From Marsupella aquatica (lineage: Eukaryota; Plantae; Marchantiophyta), in NCBI GenBank assembly GCA_973895155.1, contig OZ316896.1:10776695-10840694 (forward strand): a stretch of 64,000 nucleotides of DNA, written 5' to 3'. How positions within the stretch are numbered: position 1 is the stretch's first letter; every line of letters starts with the position of its first letter. Below the pieces are notes generated by a model. The model was not told where the DNA came from. It did not search any database and saw nothing but the letters and a program-made list of their open reading frames with translations. Position numbers and translations under genes: made by a program. This document shows, in pieces, positions 49,810-64,000 of the stretch.

Positions 49810-52800
49810 GCCCTGACTTGCCAAAACCTCTGCTTTGTTACCGAAGTACACAAGGAGAACATGGCTTTGAGCCCGGACTTGCTAGTCATTAAACTTCTAC
49901 TTCAATGACGTTCGAAGTGAAAGAGACGTATTCTCAGGGTTTGCACTTCGCACCTATGGGTCTTACCGTTTGCTGAATAGCCTGTTTTGTTATACAAAGA
50001 CTCGTACAGAGTACTAACAGTAGTTTTCATGTAATGAGTGGTGAGCGGACGTTAGATTGCTTGGATCCTCGTCGTGATCAACATCAAGGAGTACTTCCAT
50101 GGTTGGTCCCATAGTCTAGTCCCGACATAAACCTTAAAGCACCATTTCATCCAAGATCCTTTAACACAACCCCATTTTACCCACTTTGTTACTTTCATAG
50201 GTACATTTTTAACAGATTATGGTAACCTCATATTATCAGGTCTTGAGGAGGAGTGACAATGGTGGTTTGTGAAGTCAGTACATATGGGTTTAAAGAGTTT
50301 ATATACTCACGCTGGTGTGCGAATTTGAGGCATTTGTCCCCACCAAGAGTTAGAAAACACATCCAGACTTCTCAGGACAAAGGGCGACATCAGAGCCCCA
50401 GCTCTTGTAAGTTTTATCAGTCCCGGACGCCCCATAAACATTCCTATGGCAGCAACACTGAATCTGCTGAGGCAAGTAGAGAGACTAGAAATGTCTTCCT
50501 GATTTTCAGTGGATTTATTGATTTAAATAAACTCCATGAATGTGGATGATATGAATGTTTGGGACATACAACAACTTTGCGTACCTCCGGGAAGACGAGG
50601 TCGGTGCGTAAGCCTCCCGTTCAATTTGATCAATTTCTCCATCGATTTCTGATTTACGTTCGGCTATTGGTTGGAACATGAGTATGGAGATGAAAGACTG
50701 ACATGTGCATTACGTGTTCTCAATGGGCAATCTCCCATTTTCAGTTTCGCCGTATGGTCGTCGGTATAAACAATTCTAGTAACTGTTAATTCCCACAGCT
50801 TCAAGGCGATAATAACAGACCTACCTGCGCCTATCTGCACCAAAACAAATACAACTGGACAATTGTAATAGGAGTATGTTGGATGGACTTCAAAACTGTC
50901 AAGTGGCAGGAGTGATGACGGATTGTCGAACACTTAGTTTCTCGACACAAGAAACCAACTCAAGCTTACCTGTTTCTTAGGGCCCGAAGAATGTGAAGCA
51001 AGATGGATCCAGCATCCTCAGGACTGAGATGCTGCACATGAACTAAAAACTAGCGCAGATCAAACCCAGTTTAGATCTGAAAACAATCCAACTGCTCTCG
51101 TGTGCTCACTCAGCGGACATGCAGTAACCTGCTGACAATCTTGAAGTCAGAAGTGAAGGTCTAAGGCAGCGGCTGCTCACCAGAGTTACATCTTCACTCA
51201 GGACAATTTCCATCGAACTTTTAAAACAACTCACCAAAGCCCTCGTCTCATGCCTAGCTGTCTAGTTGAGAGTGGATCAATCTTCCGGCAGGAGTTCTTT
51301 CCAAAACTTTCTGTCTTACAAGAGGATAGAGTTTTTGCAGGTAACACTGTCTGAAAATGTGGCTTCTCTCAACTTGGTTCCACTACTAGTGAGGAGATGT
51401 AGATGAAAGACCTCAGCTTCCTGGGAGATGTTCCTTCTCTAAACTTCGTCTTTCTCCATGGCGAGGAGATGCACGAAAGAAAAACCTTTCACACTTCCCT
51501 CAAGATGTTCTACTCTAAATTTGGTCCCAACAATGCTGAGGATATGCATAATAGACAAGACCTTTCGAGCTCCGCCGTTGAAAGTCGGAACATCTTCTGA
51601 CAGGAGCCCTCTGAAAACTCCGAAAACTTTACGCCCGACCGACCTAACGGCAGAGTTACAAAAGTGTCGCTCTTGGCAATTGTTCCTCCTCACAATTTGC
51701 TTCTATACTGGTTTAAGAGAAGTTCAACAGAAACGACCTGTCATTACGTGTAACAAATTTTGCACAAGTTGCCGAGATCATGCATAGCCCGGATCCAGGG
51801 CAAGGTACTACCAAGTAACCAACCCTGGACGTAAAGCTCTTCCAATACTGGCGGCTCGAGATAATGCGTTCAAGCACCACCAAGCAATTCATCCGTTTCG
51901 CCCAAATTCGTCAGCTCATTCGAACTTGCACCCGCAAACTTGAAACCACGAACATCTCCATACAGCAGTCGCTTCGAACTGGGCGACATCTCAGCATTAC
52001 ACTCGTCGAAGGGACCCCTGTTTGAAAATGTTCCTCATCCCAACCTGATGGTGCAGCGAGAAACTCGACCATGAAAACCTTTTAACGAAGTGGAGGGTCG
52101 AAGTCATCATCAATCGACATCCCACCACGATGTGACCCTGAAGACCTTGTCAGCAAGGCAGCCCACATAATATCTGAGCGCCATCGCCTGCTCACAGAGT
52201 TGCAGCAAACAACACTATCCAGAAAAGAAATTTTGGGGAAGCAATTCGCTCAACTCTGGTAGCCATTCAACGAAGTTACAGAGAATAATGTGGATCTTGA
52301 CGCTCATGGGAACTAAGGATGACCTCAAGATTATGGATAATGGGGTCTGTGATTAGGTGTGATAATGGGGAATTGGCGAGTGGACAAGGAAAGTCTAGCA
52401 AATTTGTGCCAAAAGTGGGCTAAAACTTTCTACAGAGGTGGAATCTAGCAAATTATAGCAGCAAAATAATGTGGTGGAGTACTAAACAACGATTCAGGAT
52501 TCAGATAATTTAGGTGATACTGACATATATTGAATTGTCAATTTATTTTTTCTGAGATTACTTACTTTGTCAAGCTGAATAAGCAGAGTAACTTTGGTTA
52601 ACTTGGAGTGATGCAAAAGAATGGTCAACATCCTGTTAGTTTTTGAACAATTATCAATATCCTCAATTTAACCAACCTCAACACCCTCGCCCAACCTCAA
52701 CCCAGGGGGATGGGGGAGTAGGACAGCCAATCAGTGGCGGTTAAAGTGGGTTAGGTCGGAGCAAAGCAATAGTCCCAACTGAACGTAGAGGGGTGGAAAA

Positions 52801-54273
52801 GGTATCTCATAAGGGTAGAGGAATGACCATCTGATTGCTGTCAGAGTGTTCAAGCTATCAAGAGTTAAGCCCAAAGAGACATGGTTCTGTGTTAGCTCAC
52901 TTGAGTAGAGACTCACTTGAGTAGAGACTGAGAGGTATTGGGATCAATTGTTGGGACTGATTGTTCACTTTGTATGGGGTTTCACAGATTTCGAGATAAG
53001 TTACGTGACTAGTACCGAAAAACTGGGAAAATAGTACATAACAAACCAGATTTTAGTGCCCCCAAAAAAAGTTCTTAAAAAAAAGCCTAATTGGAAACTT
53101 GCTTAACCATGACTGGTGGCTCTTTCTTGACAGAAAGCTGCAGGAAATGACAGAAGCAGCATAACATGAAAATTTTATTGGCAACCAAATCAGCATGAAA
53201 GCATTTTTCAAAGTTTTCAAAACCAGCACCAACACATACAATAGTCATGAGTTTACGAACAAGTCTAATGTAGTAAATAGCAGTTGAGTTGCAGAGTATG
53301 TATACAATGATGCTCTAATAATAGGGCATTATGGGCCATAGAGCCCCCCAAATGAGTGTTGTAGCACAAGTTTTGAAGGGCTATTGTTGCCCTACTAATA
53401 GTGCATTAATGCACTAGAGACTATTTAGTAAAAATAGAGAAGACATTTCATAATGCCAGATCCAATTCTGGATTGAATTAGTCTCCACAAAGCACCCTAA
53501 AATTACAAAGCAAAAATTCAAGAAGGGCATTAAGTATATAGTAAAGTACTGTTTACACTACATTGTGGGATATAACGCCCCTGAAAACAAGAGCTTAAGC
53601 TTGAGTTTTGAGGAGCTGTGATTTTCCATTATGCTCCAGTAACCGGACCATAATAGACTTAAAGGCCTAAGACATTTTGATGTTTACTAATTCTAGTAAA
53701 AGTAGAGGAGACTCTTCTTCATGATAAAAGTTTTGTATATGCCTTCTTCTCCCACTATGCCCTCAAAATTACAGTTAAAACTCAGGGAAGGCGTTCAGTA
53801 GCCACTAATTTTACCGTCTCAATCTTTCCTTATGAACCTCCCCTTTTGCTGGGTAACTCCCATTTCTGGCTCAAACATCTCACCCTCGTCTTTCAAGGGG
53901 AGACTTATGGTTAAAATTGGAAAAATAACTAGCACAAATTATGGTTTTATTCTAAAATAATTTAAAGGGGAATTCCAATACCTCCGGTAGAAGAACACGA
54001 AGAAGACCAGCAACTACACTTTGCTATTCTCTGCTGACTGATGCTAATGACCCCTCGCTTGGAAAGAGAATGAACAACGCTGTGTGTTCCTGGGTAGCTA
54101 AAGTATGAAGTGGAACTTTAGCTGGGTTGATTCCTGTGGACGGGATGCAGCAGTCTGCTGGGCACGGCAAGGGCTGTTCCTTCTTTTTATGTTGAGAGGC
54201 CGTTCTCAGTTTGCTCAAGCACAGAGTGCAGTACATAATTATTCATGCTGATTCGTATGCTCAAATTTAAGCC

Positions 54274-56857
54274 ATGGCGCTGGTGATCTTACCAGCAACT
54301 CGTTCGCTTCCTCCTGCTCCACCTGCTCTCCCGTGCCCACCTCTGCGATCCTGCAGATCCACGAGAAAATTGTATTACTGCTGTCCAGGTGCAAGATGCC
54401 AGAGGAGCGTCCACCGCAGCACAGACCTCCAGATTCAAGGGGTGAATGAGAGATCACCAGCAGCGCTTGAGAAGCAGAAGAACAGCAGCAGCCGAAGACG
54501 ATTTCTAGCACTGTTGTTAAGCGGCACTGCTACCCAACCCCTGGCCCAACTTTTCCTCAGCTGTAACAATGACGCTGCCGCTGCTGCTGTGGCGGATGTG
54601 AAGGTTGGATCATCCTCTGGTGGGTTTGCTCGGCTAGTCTTGGTATTTCTGTGGTGATCTAATGGCTGGATCCGCTATATTCCATGGACATGACTCTCTG
54701 ATTAGTTTTGTTTCTAGGAATTATTCTGTGCCTTGACAGCAGGATGGTTGGCTGGCTGGCACGACCTGATTCTCGATTTGGATGGGCTTCGGTTTATCCC
54801 ACCAAGATTGGGTTATTCCTTGCCAATTCTCACCCTGCAGTGGTTGCATCACGAGAATTGCAAATTGTCATACTGCAGTTGCATCATTTGGGAATCCGTT
54901 CTGAGAGTTCATGGAATGGATTTCCATTCTTTCTTTGCCACGGTCATACTAAGAGTTAGGGCTAAATAAATGCATCAATTGTGGATTGTAGAATTGAACC
55001 TAGCTCGTTTCAGAAATATGTTAATTGCTGCGATTGGTCATAATTGGTAAGCTCGTTAGATGAATTTCAGCACTTTGTTCCCCACAAGCTGCTTACTTGT
55101 AGGGTTACAATGGAGCAGCAGATAGAATTAGCCGATCCGAGAATCCTGGTGACAGGTCGCCGGTCTTTGAGTTTCCTCACGTTGGGAAAAAGTTGTTTTC
55201 TTGAGAACCTCGATTCTGGGTGAAGGGGATGATTCCGATATTTCTTTTAGTTACGAAGTATAATTTGTTCTTGATAATTGTGCAATTCAATATGTAATGT
55301 TCATGACGCCTGCGCGCAATTCACGAAACGCTTTTGCAGGATGCTAACTGGGTGTATTTCCTCGGGATTTGGACTCTGTGGTGGGCGGAGCAGATGAACT
55401 GCAGGATAAGAAGACAGTTGAAGGACCGATCATCGGAGATCTTTTCGGTTTCGATGGGCTCGGAAAGACTCCCGAGGAGTATGTCCTTGGAAAAGTCGTA
55501 GCGCTGGCACAAGCTGGAGATGGAGCGGTTCTGTTTCTCGGGTAAACTTTCCTTAATAACTCCTCTGGTTTGAACTAGAAGTAACAATTAGATGAGTAGA
55601 TCTCTGTCGTGACCCGCTTTGTTCGTTGTTTAATTATCAATTTCAAGTTAAACAATCTGTCTATCTCATTCCGTCACCTGAAGAGCCCCTCTCCCTCTCC
55701 CCGTCAGCCAATTTCGTTTTTTCCTTCGATAAGCTGACTTGAAAGGCTACTCAAGTTGCCAAAATGGGGGGTGATGATCTTCTCTTCAGGTGTCACATGT
55801 TTCGCACTCTTTGGATTATCCGCGGGAGTTTGTTTTTTTTTTGCCGTACTAGTTTTTGTGTAGAAATGCAATTTTGAAACCAACGCATAGGAAATAAATA
55901 TGACCAACTTGGATTGAGAGCAACAAGGAAGGGAGTGCTTGAGTCAATTTTGTAGTGGTCAACAATGGGTCCAATGTAAGTAAATTATCTTGACGTCATT
56001 AGTTTGAGCATTGATTCGTTATCAAAATGTAATTCCATGTTTAGCCGCAAGAAATTTTCACAAAATCCTTTTTCTAACATGAATTATTCGTCTATGAATT
56101 TAGGGTGGATGGCTTTGAACTTCCTCTGCAGCTTGTCGTGGGGCCGGCTGAGGCTATGGCTGTCCTTACTGCTGTCCAAGAACGGAAGAGTAGAAGGCCT
56201 TTGACTCATGAAGCCTGGGGTTTGTCCCTTGCTGCAGTCGGATGGAAGGTAAGATTGACACAGACGTTAGCAATATCGTTGACATTTCCTCCTTTTACTT
56301 TTGTTTCAACAGGTTCTGCATGTAGGAAGAAAGTGACGATGAAGGCCACCCTTCTGGATGGATGCTGAGCATTCTAAGAATCGTCCAAGTTGCCCACTCC
56401 ATGTAGCTAGTCTTCTCTGCACTCTCGTTACCTTCTTGGCAGTCCTGAAAAACGATGGCATTGTATATTGAACTGGTTCCAGGTGGATCGGGTGGTCATC
56501 ACTGCAAATGAAAAGGATGTCTTCTACAGCAGTGTGGTCCTTTCAAATCTTTCTCAGCTGCTCTCAAATGCCGCTATTTTGAAGAAAAGTGTTGACATGC
56601 GACCATCAGACGGAATTGCATTGGCTCTTAGATGCAGAGCACCACTTTTTGTCCGCAGAAAAGTTGCAGAGGACCTACTGAGCCAGAAAGATGAATTAGC
56701 AAAAAAGACCCAGGTTGATCCTTTGAACCAACCTGGTTTGCAAGCCAATGCTGGAACCCTCCCGGTGTTTGTTGAGAGCCTGGTAGCTTCTGGTATTGAG
56801 TGTAAGCCTGATTGCACTGTATATTCCTCTTGGATGAGGAGACTTCAAAGTGTTTAG
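54274..56857 (+). CDS. Bifunctional nuclease (BFN/DUF151) domain protein with plastid-type N-terminal extension
   Basis: LPLQLVVGPAEAMAV...RRPLTHEAW and DMRPSDGIALALRCRAPLFV are DUF151 signatures. Approximate exons: 54274-54619, 55394-55541, 56104-56248, 56483-56857. Confidence 0.88.
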
Positions 56858-58579
56858 GAACTTTCCTCTAGAAAGAGCGTGTAGTCTGTTGCTATCTCTG
56901 TAGACCAACGGAACTCTTTTATAGGAATCGTGACTATTGTAAAGTTTGTATGGATATTACTATGTTGGTAGACTGTAAATACGGAATTGGTAGATTTGAT
57001 ATCACTTCTATCAGACAATCAATATACATGAAAGTACACTTGTTGAGATGCCTCCATTTTTCTTCAGAAATATGTCATGATGCAGCCTTGTACCAAACGA
57101 CATATTACAACCGCTTTAACTGACTAATATCTAGGTTTGTCTTTCTGATTTGGGAGGTGAGAATTGCCCGACCATCATATTATATGCTTAGGGGTTCAGC
57201 ACCTTTTGAATGGAATATCCGTTGTACTCTAGAATGTGTGATATGACTTTCAAGTCAATGGGATTGTAGAATTCAAAGTAAATGACACTTGCTTGAACGT
57301 AATGATAATTGGGAACGCGAGATTCAATTTTCAGTCTTCTGACTTGAAAGCGTGTATCCTTATGGTTTCTTTTGGCCCGTGGACGTCAGGTTCATGATTC
57401 TGATTGTTCACTCTATGCCTTAATGACTAGCGATGAGATTTGAGAGGAGGTGCTTGCTGTTACTGAATTAGAAGCTAACCGTAGTGCACTACGATATCGG
57501 TATTTTGATACCGGAGTGAATTACAAGAATGCAGAGAACACAGCACTGAGATTTGTCCCTGCTCGAGTGGGGGAAGCAGGAAGCAAAGGATTTTAGTATT
57601 GTGAGATGGATTAGTAACATTCCCTTTGAAATCCTTGCATAATCAATTGGTTCCTTACCACTTGGCTGTTGAGCTACTTCGAATCTAACACTATGACGTT
57701 TTCAGGCTTCAAAGTGGATCACAAAGAGCAGTGAGGGTAGATGCATGACGTCAAGAAAGTGACTGCTTAATTAAGTTACTCTGCTGAAGTACTCGGTTCT
57801 CAGGTCTCGCCTTACTGATTACTCAGTCACCCCTTCTTCAAAGATAGCCGAAGGATGCCCCTTTTCCTTCCTGGACAGAGGTTCTGGCTCTCGAATCTCC
57901 AGCACATCGGCGCTGTTACACGTCTAGTGAACTGTTATTCGCTTTTATGTCACCCACTCGTTCGAGTTCCACTTTCAAGCTGTCAGTGCTCTGCTGACGT
58001 GATTCTATCCCACCAACGACTTTATGATTGTGAAGGGTTCTGCTCGATCGTCTTGGCAGCTTTTCTCCACATGGCAGCTCCTGTGCGAGTGTGAGGGGAT
58101 TGTGCCTCCAGCTGTGCGGAATTGTTGCCATCCCCCTGTGGCAGCTTGAAAACCAGCGAATGGCTTCAGCTTTCGTCTTTGGCCCCCTTGTGCTCTTCCT
58201 TTCCCCCTCTATTGGGTCTTTGGGCTTGGGATCCTGTCTCCAGGTTTGGGGTTTCTCTGCTAAGCTTCCCTCTTTGGCCCTCTTGTGGTCTTTTGTTTTT
58301 GCCCCTTAATTGGGTCTTGGGCCTTTGGGATCCTTACGGCTTGGGATTTTTGATCGTTGGCACCCTGGTATATGTATGTGGGGTGTACTGATTGAGCTTC
58401 CCTCTTGTGTAGCTTGGGCGTCCATTTTTCTGAAGCTCACAAAAATGTATCTATCACCAAGCAAGTAGCGAGTTTCAAATCTTGGGCTTGCTGGTCATAT
58501 GTACTCTTTGAATTCTGAGTGTTCACCTGTCTGAGGAGATCAAACAAAATACAATAACTGGTATGTCAGTGGGCCCAAC

Positions 58580-58830
58580 TAATTACCAATTCAATGGGAT
58601 GGAGGAAAGGTTCTAATTAGTGAGTTATATATTTTTTTTTCCAATTACCAATTCAATGGGATGGAGGAAAGGTTATAATTTTTTTTTCCAATTACCAATT
58701 CAATGGGATGGAGGAAAGGTTCTAGTTAGTGAGTTATAATTAACTTCATACCAAAGCGTGCAGCTGTTGAGTGTGTGCCATTCACCAATCCAATGCAATG
58801 GAGGAAAGGTCCTAAGTAAGGAGTTATGGT
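58580..58830. repeat. Short tandem direct repeat (~50-60 bp, 3 copies plus a diverged fourth)
   Basis: aattaccaattcaatgggatggaggaaaggtt at about 58581, 58643 and 58690; variant at about 58785. Confidence 0.8.
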
Positions 58831-61535
58831 TAACTAGCTTTATGACAAAGCATACAACTGTTGGCTATAAAGTCCAAAGTGTGACTTGCTTAGTACTCCC
58901 TATTAGAGTAGAATTGTAGTTGTGAGAACGCCGAGGGCCAAGGTTGAAGGTAACTGAGTTTAGCTGCCTAGTCTAAATATTAATCCTTCAATGATACTCA
59001 GTGACAAGGTATTTTGCAACCTTAGCAAGACATGTCCTCTGCAGGTTATAAGCTTAGGCAATGAATACATTTATTAGCAACCTTCGCTGTTCACTGGAAA
59101 TGTGAAAATAATAAAACCGTAACGATGGAAAAGGAAATCAATATATATTTTCAATGGTGGCATATAAGCTAATCAAGGCTTGCCAGCCCTGGTTAAAAGA
59201 ATATTTACCAATCTTTGATAATAATGATACTTAGGTTGAATGTGTGAACCAAATCTTGGCTACATAACAAAAGTTATTCATACTTTAATTTTTTTAATTA
59301 ATATTAGGCAACCTCGTAGACAACTAGGATAGGTAATGTGAACTAACCCTGAGTTACGGAATGCTTTCCAACCATGGTGAGTCAGTTTGGTTAAGTAGGA
59401 TGAGTAATGCAAACCAAACCTGGTTACGTTATATTAGCAACTAATCTCTTAATTCTCTTAATTACAAAAGAATATTTTCTTTAGCCTAACACAAGGGTTT
59501 CAAACATGTATGAATTTTGAGATAAGACCTTTCAGAATGGTAGTTCGCTGTTTCTTAAACCACAATTGCCCATAAAAAGGGGACTTGTCCAAGACTTCTC
59601 CCTTTTTCCACATTCCACTTGCTTATTTCCTCTAAGGTGCCAATCTGCTCCACAAATTTGGGAAAAAATTACTGTTCATAGTGAAATTTGGATCCTTCAG
59701 GTACAACCGGTAGCTCTTGAAGGGGCAGTTGTGATTGAACCATCCTTACTCATTACATGGATCCATACAAACACGTCAAAGTTCTTAGAATTGATACAAA
59801 AACTTTGGTTTTTGGTTATTAAGTTGCTTAACGTAAGGGACTACAATGTTAGGCATTTACTCTTGGACTAGAGTTTTAATTAATTAGGTTAGTCCTGACC
59901 ACATTATATACACAAGGAGTGTTTGCTTATGGAGAGGAACTCAAGCTCATTGTTATGAAACCAGTTGAGAGATAGGGAAAACTTGTGTGGCAAAGACTCA
60001 ATATGCCCAACGGGCCCAGAGTGCTGTATAGTTCTTGTGTGTTCCCATGAACATAGCCTCATTTGAGGTGAACCACATATCTCTCAATGTCAATTACTTG
60101 TTTGTTGAATGGTCATGGGCATGCCATTGTGAATGTTGCGGGGAATGTTGTCTTTGTCCAACATGCAATTAGCCAACCTAGAGCATAATGGAGGGTTCAC
60201 ACCCACAAAGTGTGATTGTTTTCCTCAACTAAACAGCAAACCTACAACCTAATTAGAATTTAGATTCAATGGATGTGTATACTGATTGATAGAAACCAAT
60301 GTCAATGTCTTGTGAAAATGACTAGTTTGTATTTTATTTTAACTAAAGACAATGTTGCACCAAATGAATTCCAAGTCACCTGCAGCAAAACCACAGCAAA
60401 GCAAAGAAAAAAAAACTCATGGGGCTAGAAGCCACAACCACGAACTGCCATACTGCCACCAACCAACCCAAGGGAAAACCCTTGGGCCAGGAATGAATCA
60501 TGGTCAGCCACCTAGAGATGCTAAGCTCATGCCTTATAATTTGAAAGGAACAATTATTAACTTTTCACTCAGGGCATGTTGTGCCATCCTAATCATCCCT
60601 ATAGTATGTCAGTTACAGACCACAAGCATTACACTTATAAACATAAACTCTGCAAGATGTTTGAAAGCTTTGCGTTTATCTATAGTTAGTACTATCTATG
60701 ATCTAAGTCTACAACTCCTGACCTACTCCATAGAGCAAAGCCATAGGCCATAAGTTCTTGAGTAAGAGCGAATTTTGATATTTAGACTCTGTGCCTAAGG
60801 AGGGACATGAGGAATCTGGGTACTATGATCATTCCTGTTTCTAGTTCCACCCCCAACAATAGCTATGCCCCTAAAGTACCTGTGCCCCACAGTCATGGTC
60901 TAGAGGATTCGCTCTAGACAGTAAGGCTCTTGTTTTAGTTATTGCACATCATTAGATACACTAACTTGATTACCAGTTCCTTGAACTTAAATAGATGTGA
61001 CAGCCAAAAAAGTGCCTTTTGTTTTACCTTATCCAAATTTTCCACTCATCTGCCTATCCTTGTTTTTTTTTCCTCCACCCTCCCTTTCAATTATGTTCTT
61101 AGAGACATTATTTTTTGTCTGCACTTTCACTTTCAATTATGTATTAGGAGGCAGAATCTAGAGACTTCACTATAGATAATAGGGCAAGGTAGTAGCTTTT
61201 GATTGCAATTATATACTTGTAAATAAATAGATAGATAGATTATGGCTAGCAACTCAGGAAAGGGAAGTAAGGGACAAAGTCACCACTCATGGCCTTCATA
61301 GATGGCACCCGCCAAGTCGCGCCAAACCATGCTGAAACCTGGCCCCAGTCAAGAATGAGAACAACAACCCCCTAGTTGTATTGAGAACAACAACCCCCGC
61401 CCCCCCCCCTCCCCCGCACCCCCCGCCCCCCCCCCTCCCCCGCACCCCCGCCCCCTCTCCCCCCACCTCTCCCCCCCCGTCTCCTCTCACATCCACGCGT
61501 ACAGTAGAGGAACCTCGAGCGTATGGCACATTCAG

Positions 61536-61556
61536 TTAGGGTTAGGGTTAGGGTTT
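61536..61556 (+). repeat. Short interstitial telomere-like repeat (TTAGGG)3 next to a poly-C tract (61394-61490)
   Basis: gttagggttagggttagggttt; preceded by long C runs. Confidence 0.6.
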
Positions 61557-64000
61557 GCTCTCCTGGTGTGTCCTCCGCTGTGCTCCTTCTTTGGTGTTGC
61601 GCGAGAAGACTTATAATTCACTGCCTCCGAAATCCGCATTTGTGGAGGCGGTCCTATGGCCGTCGTCACGGTTGCGTCTCGTCGTATTTAAACTCGTTCT
61701 CCACTCGCAGGTGTGTTGCTCTTTGGTGGTGCACATGGAGACCCTAAAAATTTGCTGTGTAGACCGAATTCCGAACAGGTGGATGCGGTGCTGTGGCTGT
61801 CTCCACGGTTGCCCTTGTCTTACTTAAGCTCGTTCTCTAGTTGTGGGCTCGGAATTCGTCGCTGATACATGTTGATTGGTGTTCGCTTGTTGAACCACTG
61901 GAGAATGTCGAGAGAAGGTTGGAGCATTCGACGCTGGCTTCGTCGAAATGCTGAATCAGTCTCACTGGGCGTGCCGGTGCAGACACGACTCGCACTGTGT
62001 GATTGTTGTTTTGCTTTGTCGGGAAGAATGCCTTCGGCTAAGATGCTACATTGTGGCTTGTCTTCTTGCTTCCAGCTCCTGTATATGCTGCCTCCGTGGG
62101 AGTTCCGCGAGTTTTGTAGTCGGTGGAGGTCGTGCCGCCACTCTTCTGTTGCGTCGGGTTTATCCTTTCCTATGCGAACCTTCAAGGTTGGACGTCTTCC
62201 GTAGGACCGTGTCTTTAGACGCAGCTTCGTGTCAACCGTCGTGTCAACCCAATCTGTGATCAAGTAGCTGAAGTGCTGTATCCTCTTCTGATCTTGTGTG
62301 AGGCTTCCGACACTTTTGAGTCTCTTGCGTGTAGAAACTTACGATTTGTATTAGAATGAACGGCCCACGGTATCTGGTGATGGTAGCATACCGGTCTCCG
62401 GAGTGACATTGACCATCTCCTCGATGTTGGGCCTAGACAAATGCACGGGCTATTGCGACATGGATTGGAGTTCTGAATCTCCTTAAGCCATTACTGAAGC
62501 CGGTCGACACTGACCATCAAATCAGTTTCCAGATAGATCTGGGAGGATCTCTATAGAGCTGCAGCATTCAAAAGGTCTTTCATCGCCAGTGCTCATGTGA
62601 TGTTGTGGTCACGGGATTGATGACTGAGAGAACTATTTTATTCGATTTTGCTCCAGTACACTGAATCTGAACAGACTGGTGGCTGAGAACGTTTGGTTTT
62701 CGATTCTTCTCCTGTACATTGAATCTAAAGTTAATGGTTCCAGACTGCCCTGTGCCAGAGGTGGCAGATCTCGGACACCCGCAGGTGTTTTGAGGTACAT
62801 CCTAAGGCTGGCAAACGTTTCGTACACGATATTCATTAGGATTGTTTATCCATTTCGGAATCCGAGGTTTAGGCAATCAGCCTGAATGGCCTGGAAGTTT
62901 CCATATGGCAAGTTCAAGCCTGCTGGATCAGTTTAGTGTAGACTCGCCAGATGAGTAAAACTTTTGTTGAATGGTCTCTTTGTCTTCTTTATGTTTTGTA
63001 CTCTATTTGTTGGTTCGGTGTTTTGTACTTTTCTAGCTGTAGTATAGTTTGGTAGCGTGGATCAGGTCGAGTCTCAAAAAGATCTCTGTCGTAAAGGAGA
63101 CAACGATACGTTTTCTAGTGTGGATCGTGATATATTAAACTAGTTTTGCGAAAAGGAAGATCTCTTCCGTAAAGAACAACCACTAATGACATACCTTCCA
63201 GATCTTGAATTGGGATATCATTACATGTCGAGCGTAATCCACCAGAGGCCGATTGGGCCCACGCTATCTTATTACGAGTTGGCACCCACAAAAGTGATCA
63301 ATACTATCACAATCATTATCCAATTCAAAATTTTATTCTGCTGGCTCGCGTTCCGGACTTCTAACTGAAGGGGCTCTATGTTGGCACTTGACAGGCTTGC
63401 CAACTCTTTCCCTTCCAAGTCCCAACACGTTGGACTATCAGGTAAACGAGGGTGGTTCTTATGACCGTCTAATTCAGAAAAACGACAGTCCATTCTGATT
63501 GAAGAAAATTAATTTTCTATGATGAAATGTGACTAGTACAGGTGTAAGGATCCAAGGTGTCAGACGAAGCAGAAGTTAGAAAGCAAAGCTTGAGAAGAAG
63601 CAAGATCAAAATGCACATGATTAAACATCTATGATATGATAAACAAATGTTGCAAAGATTGAAAGAGTACAATGGGTTGTAGAGTACTAAGACTTCAGAG
63701 AGGTGCAAACTGTTCAAACACGTTGAAGAGTTCACATTTCACAATAGTGTATCACAATTATGTTGAATAGATTGAAAGACTGGGCACGAGAGGGCAGAGC
63801 GGATGAGCCGCAACGCATCTAAAACTTCAGAAAGATGCAAACAATTCCAACACTATGGGGCGTCGGGATTTTACAAGGAGTGTATTACAGCCTGGAAGGA
63901 AATGATCACGAAGTGGCAGATACTCTGCCCAAGAGCAGGCTCCAAATGTCATAAGAACGTGTTCAAGATTTCAGTAGACGAACGTGTCTAAAATTCCATT

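Noticed and set aside
50250-53250. Short ORFs between oxidoreductase 2 and the DUF151 gene
   Set aside because: They are short, overlap on both strands and show no family signature.
59566-63991. ORFs of 60-147 aa near the window end
   Set aside because: No recognisable domains and mutually overlapping frames in low-complexity or GC-rich sequence; not supportable as genes.

Overview
This window is eukaryotic nuclear DNA from a plant. A bryophyte or liverwort is likely from gene and intron style, but that is inference. The dominant feature is a fully delimited 21.3-kb DNA transposon (14200-35495) with 24-bp terminal inverted repeats and a 4-bp CCTA target-site duplication. It carries a Sola-like DDD transposase of about 1,060 aa, now broken and interrupted by a 297-bp MITE with an 8-bp TSD. 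Its opposite-strand cargo comprises three tandem intronless F-box-like genes, a ~2,000-codon multi-exon gene (ParB-like domain, degenerate beta-class amino-methyltransferase-like domain, acidic and coiled-coil repeats, Ulp1 SUMO protease, FCP1-like HAD domain), two further FCP1-like cassettes and a small Cys4 nuclear ORF. Roughly 30 copies of a gapped palindrome, ACGCG-N6-CGCGT, sit in its introns, spacers and internal tandem arrays, suggesting a self-targeting (anti-silencing or ParB/parS-like) system. The rest of the window holds two tandem 12-exon Gfo/Idh/MocA oxidoreductase paralogues, a DUF151 bifunctional-nuclease gene, several tandem repeats and degenerate repeat debris. Domain assignments come from motif recognition by eye, not from database searches.
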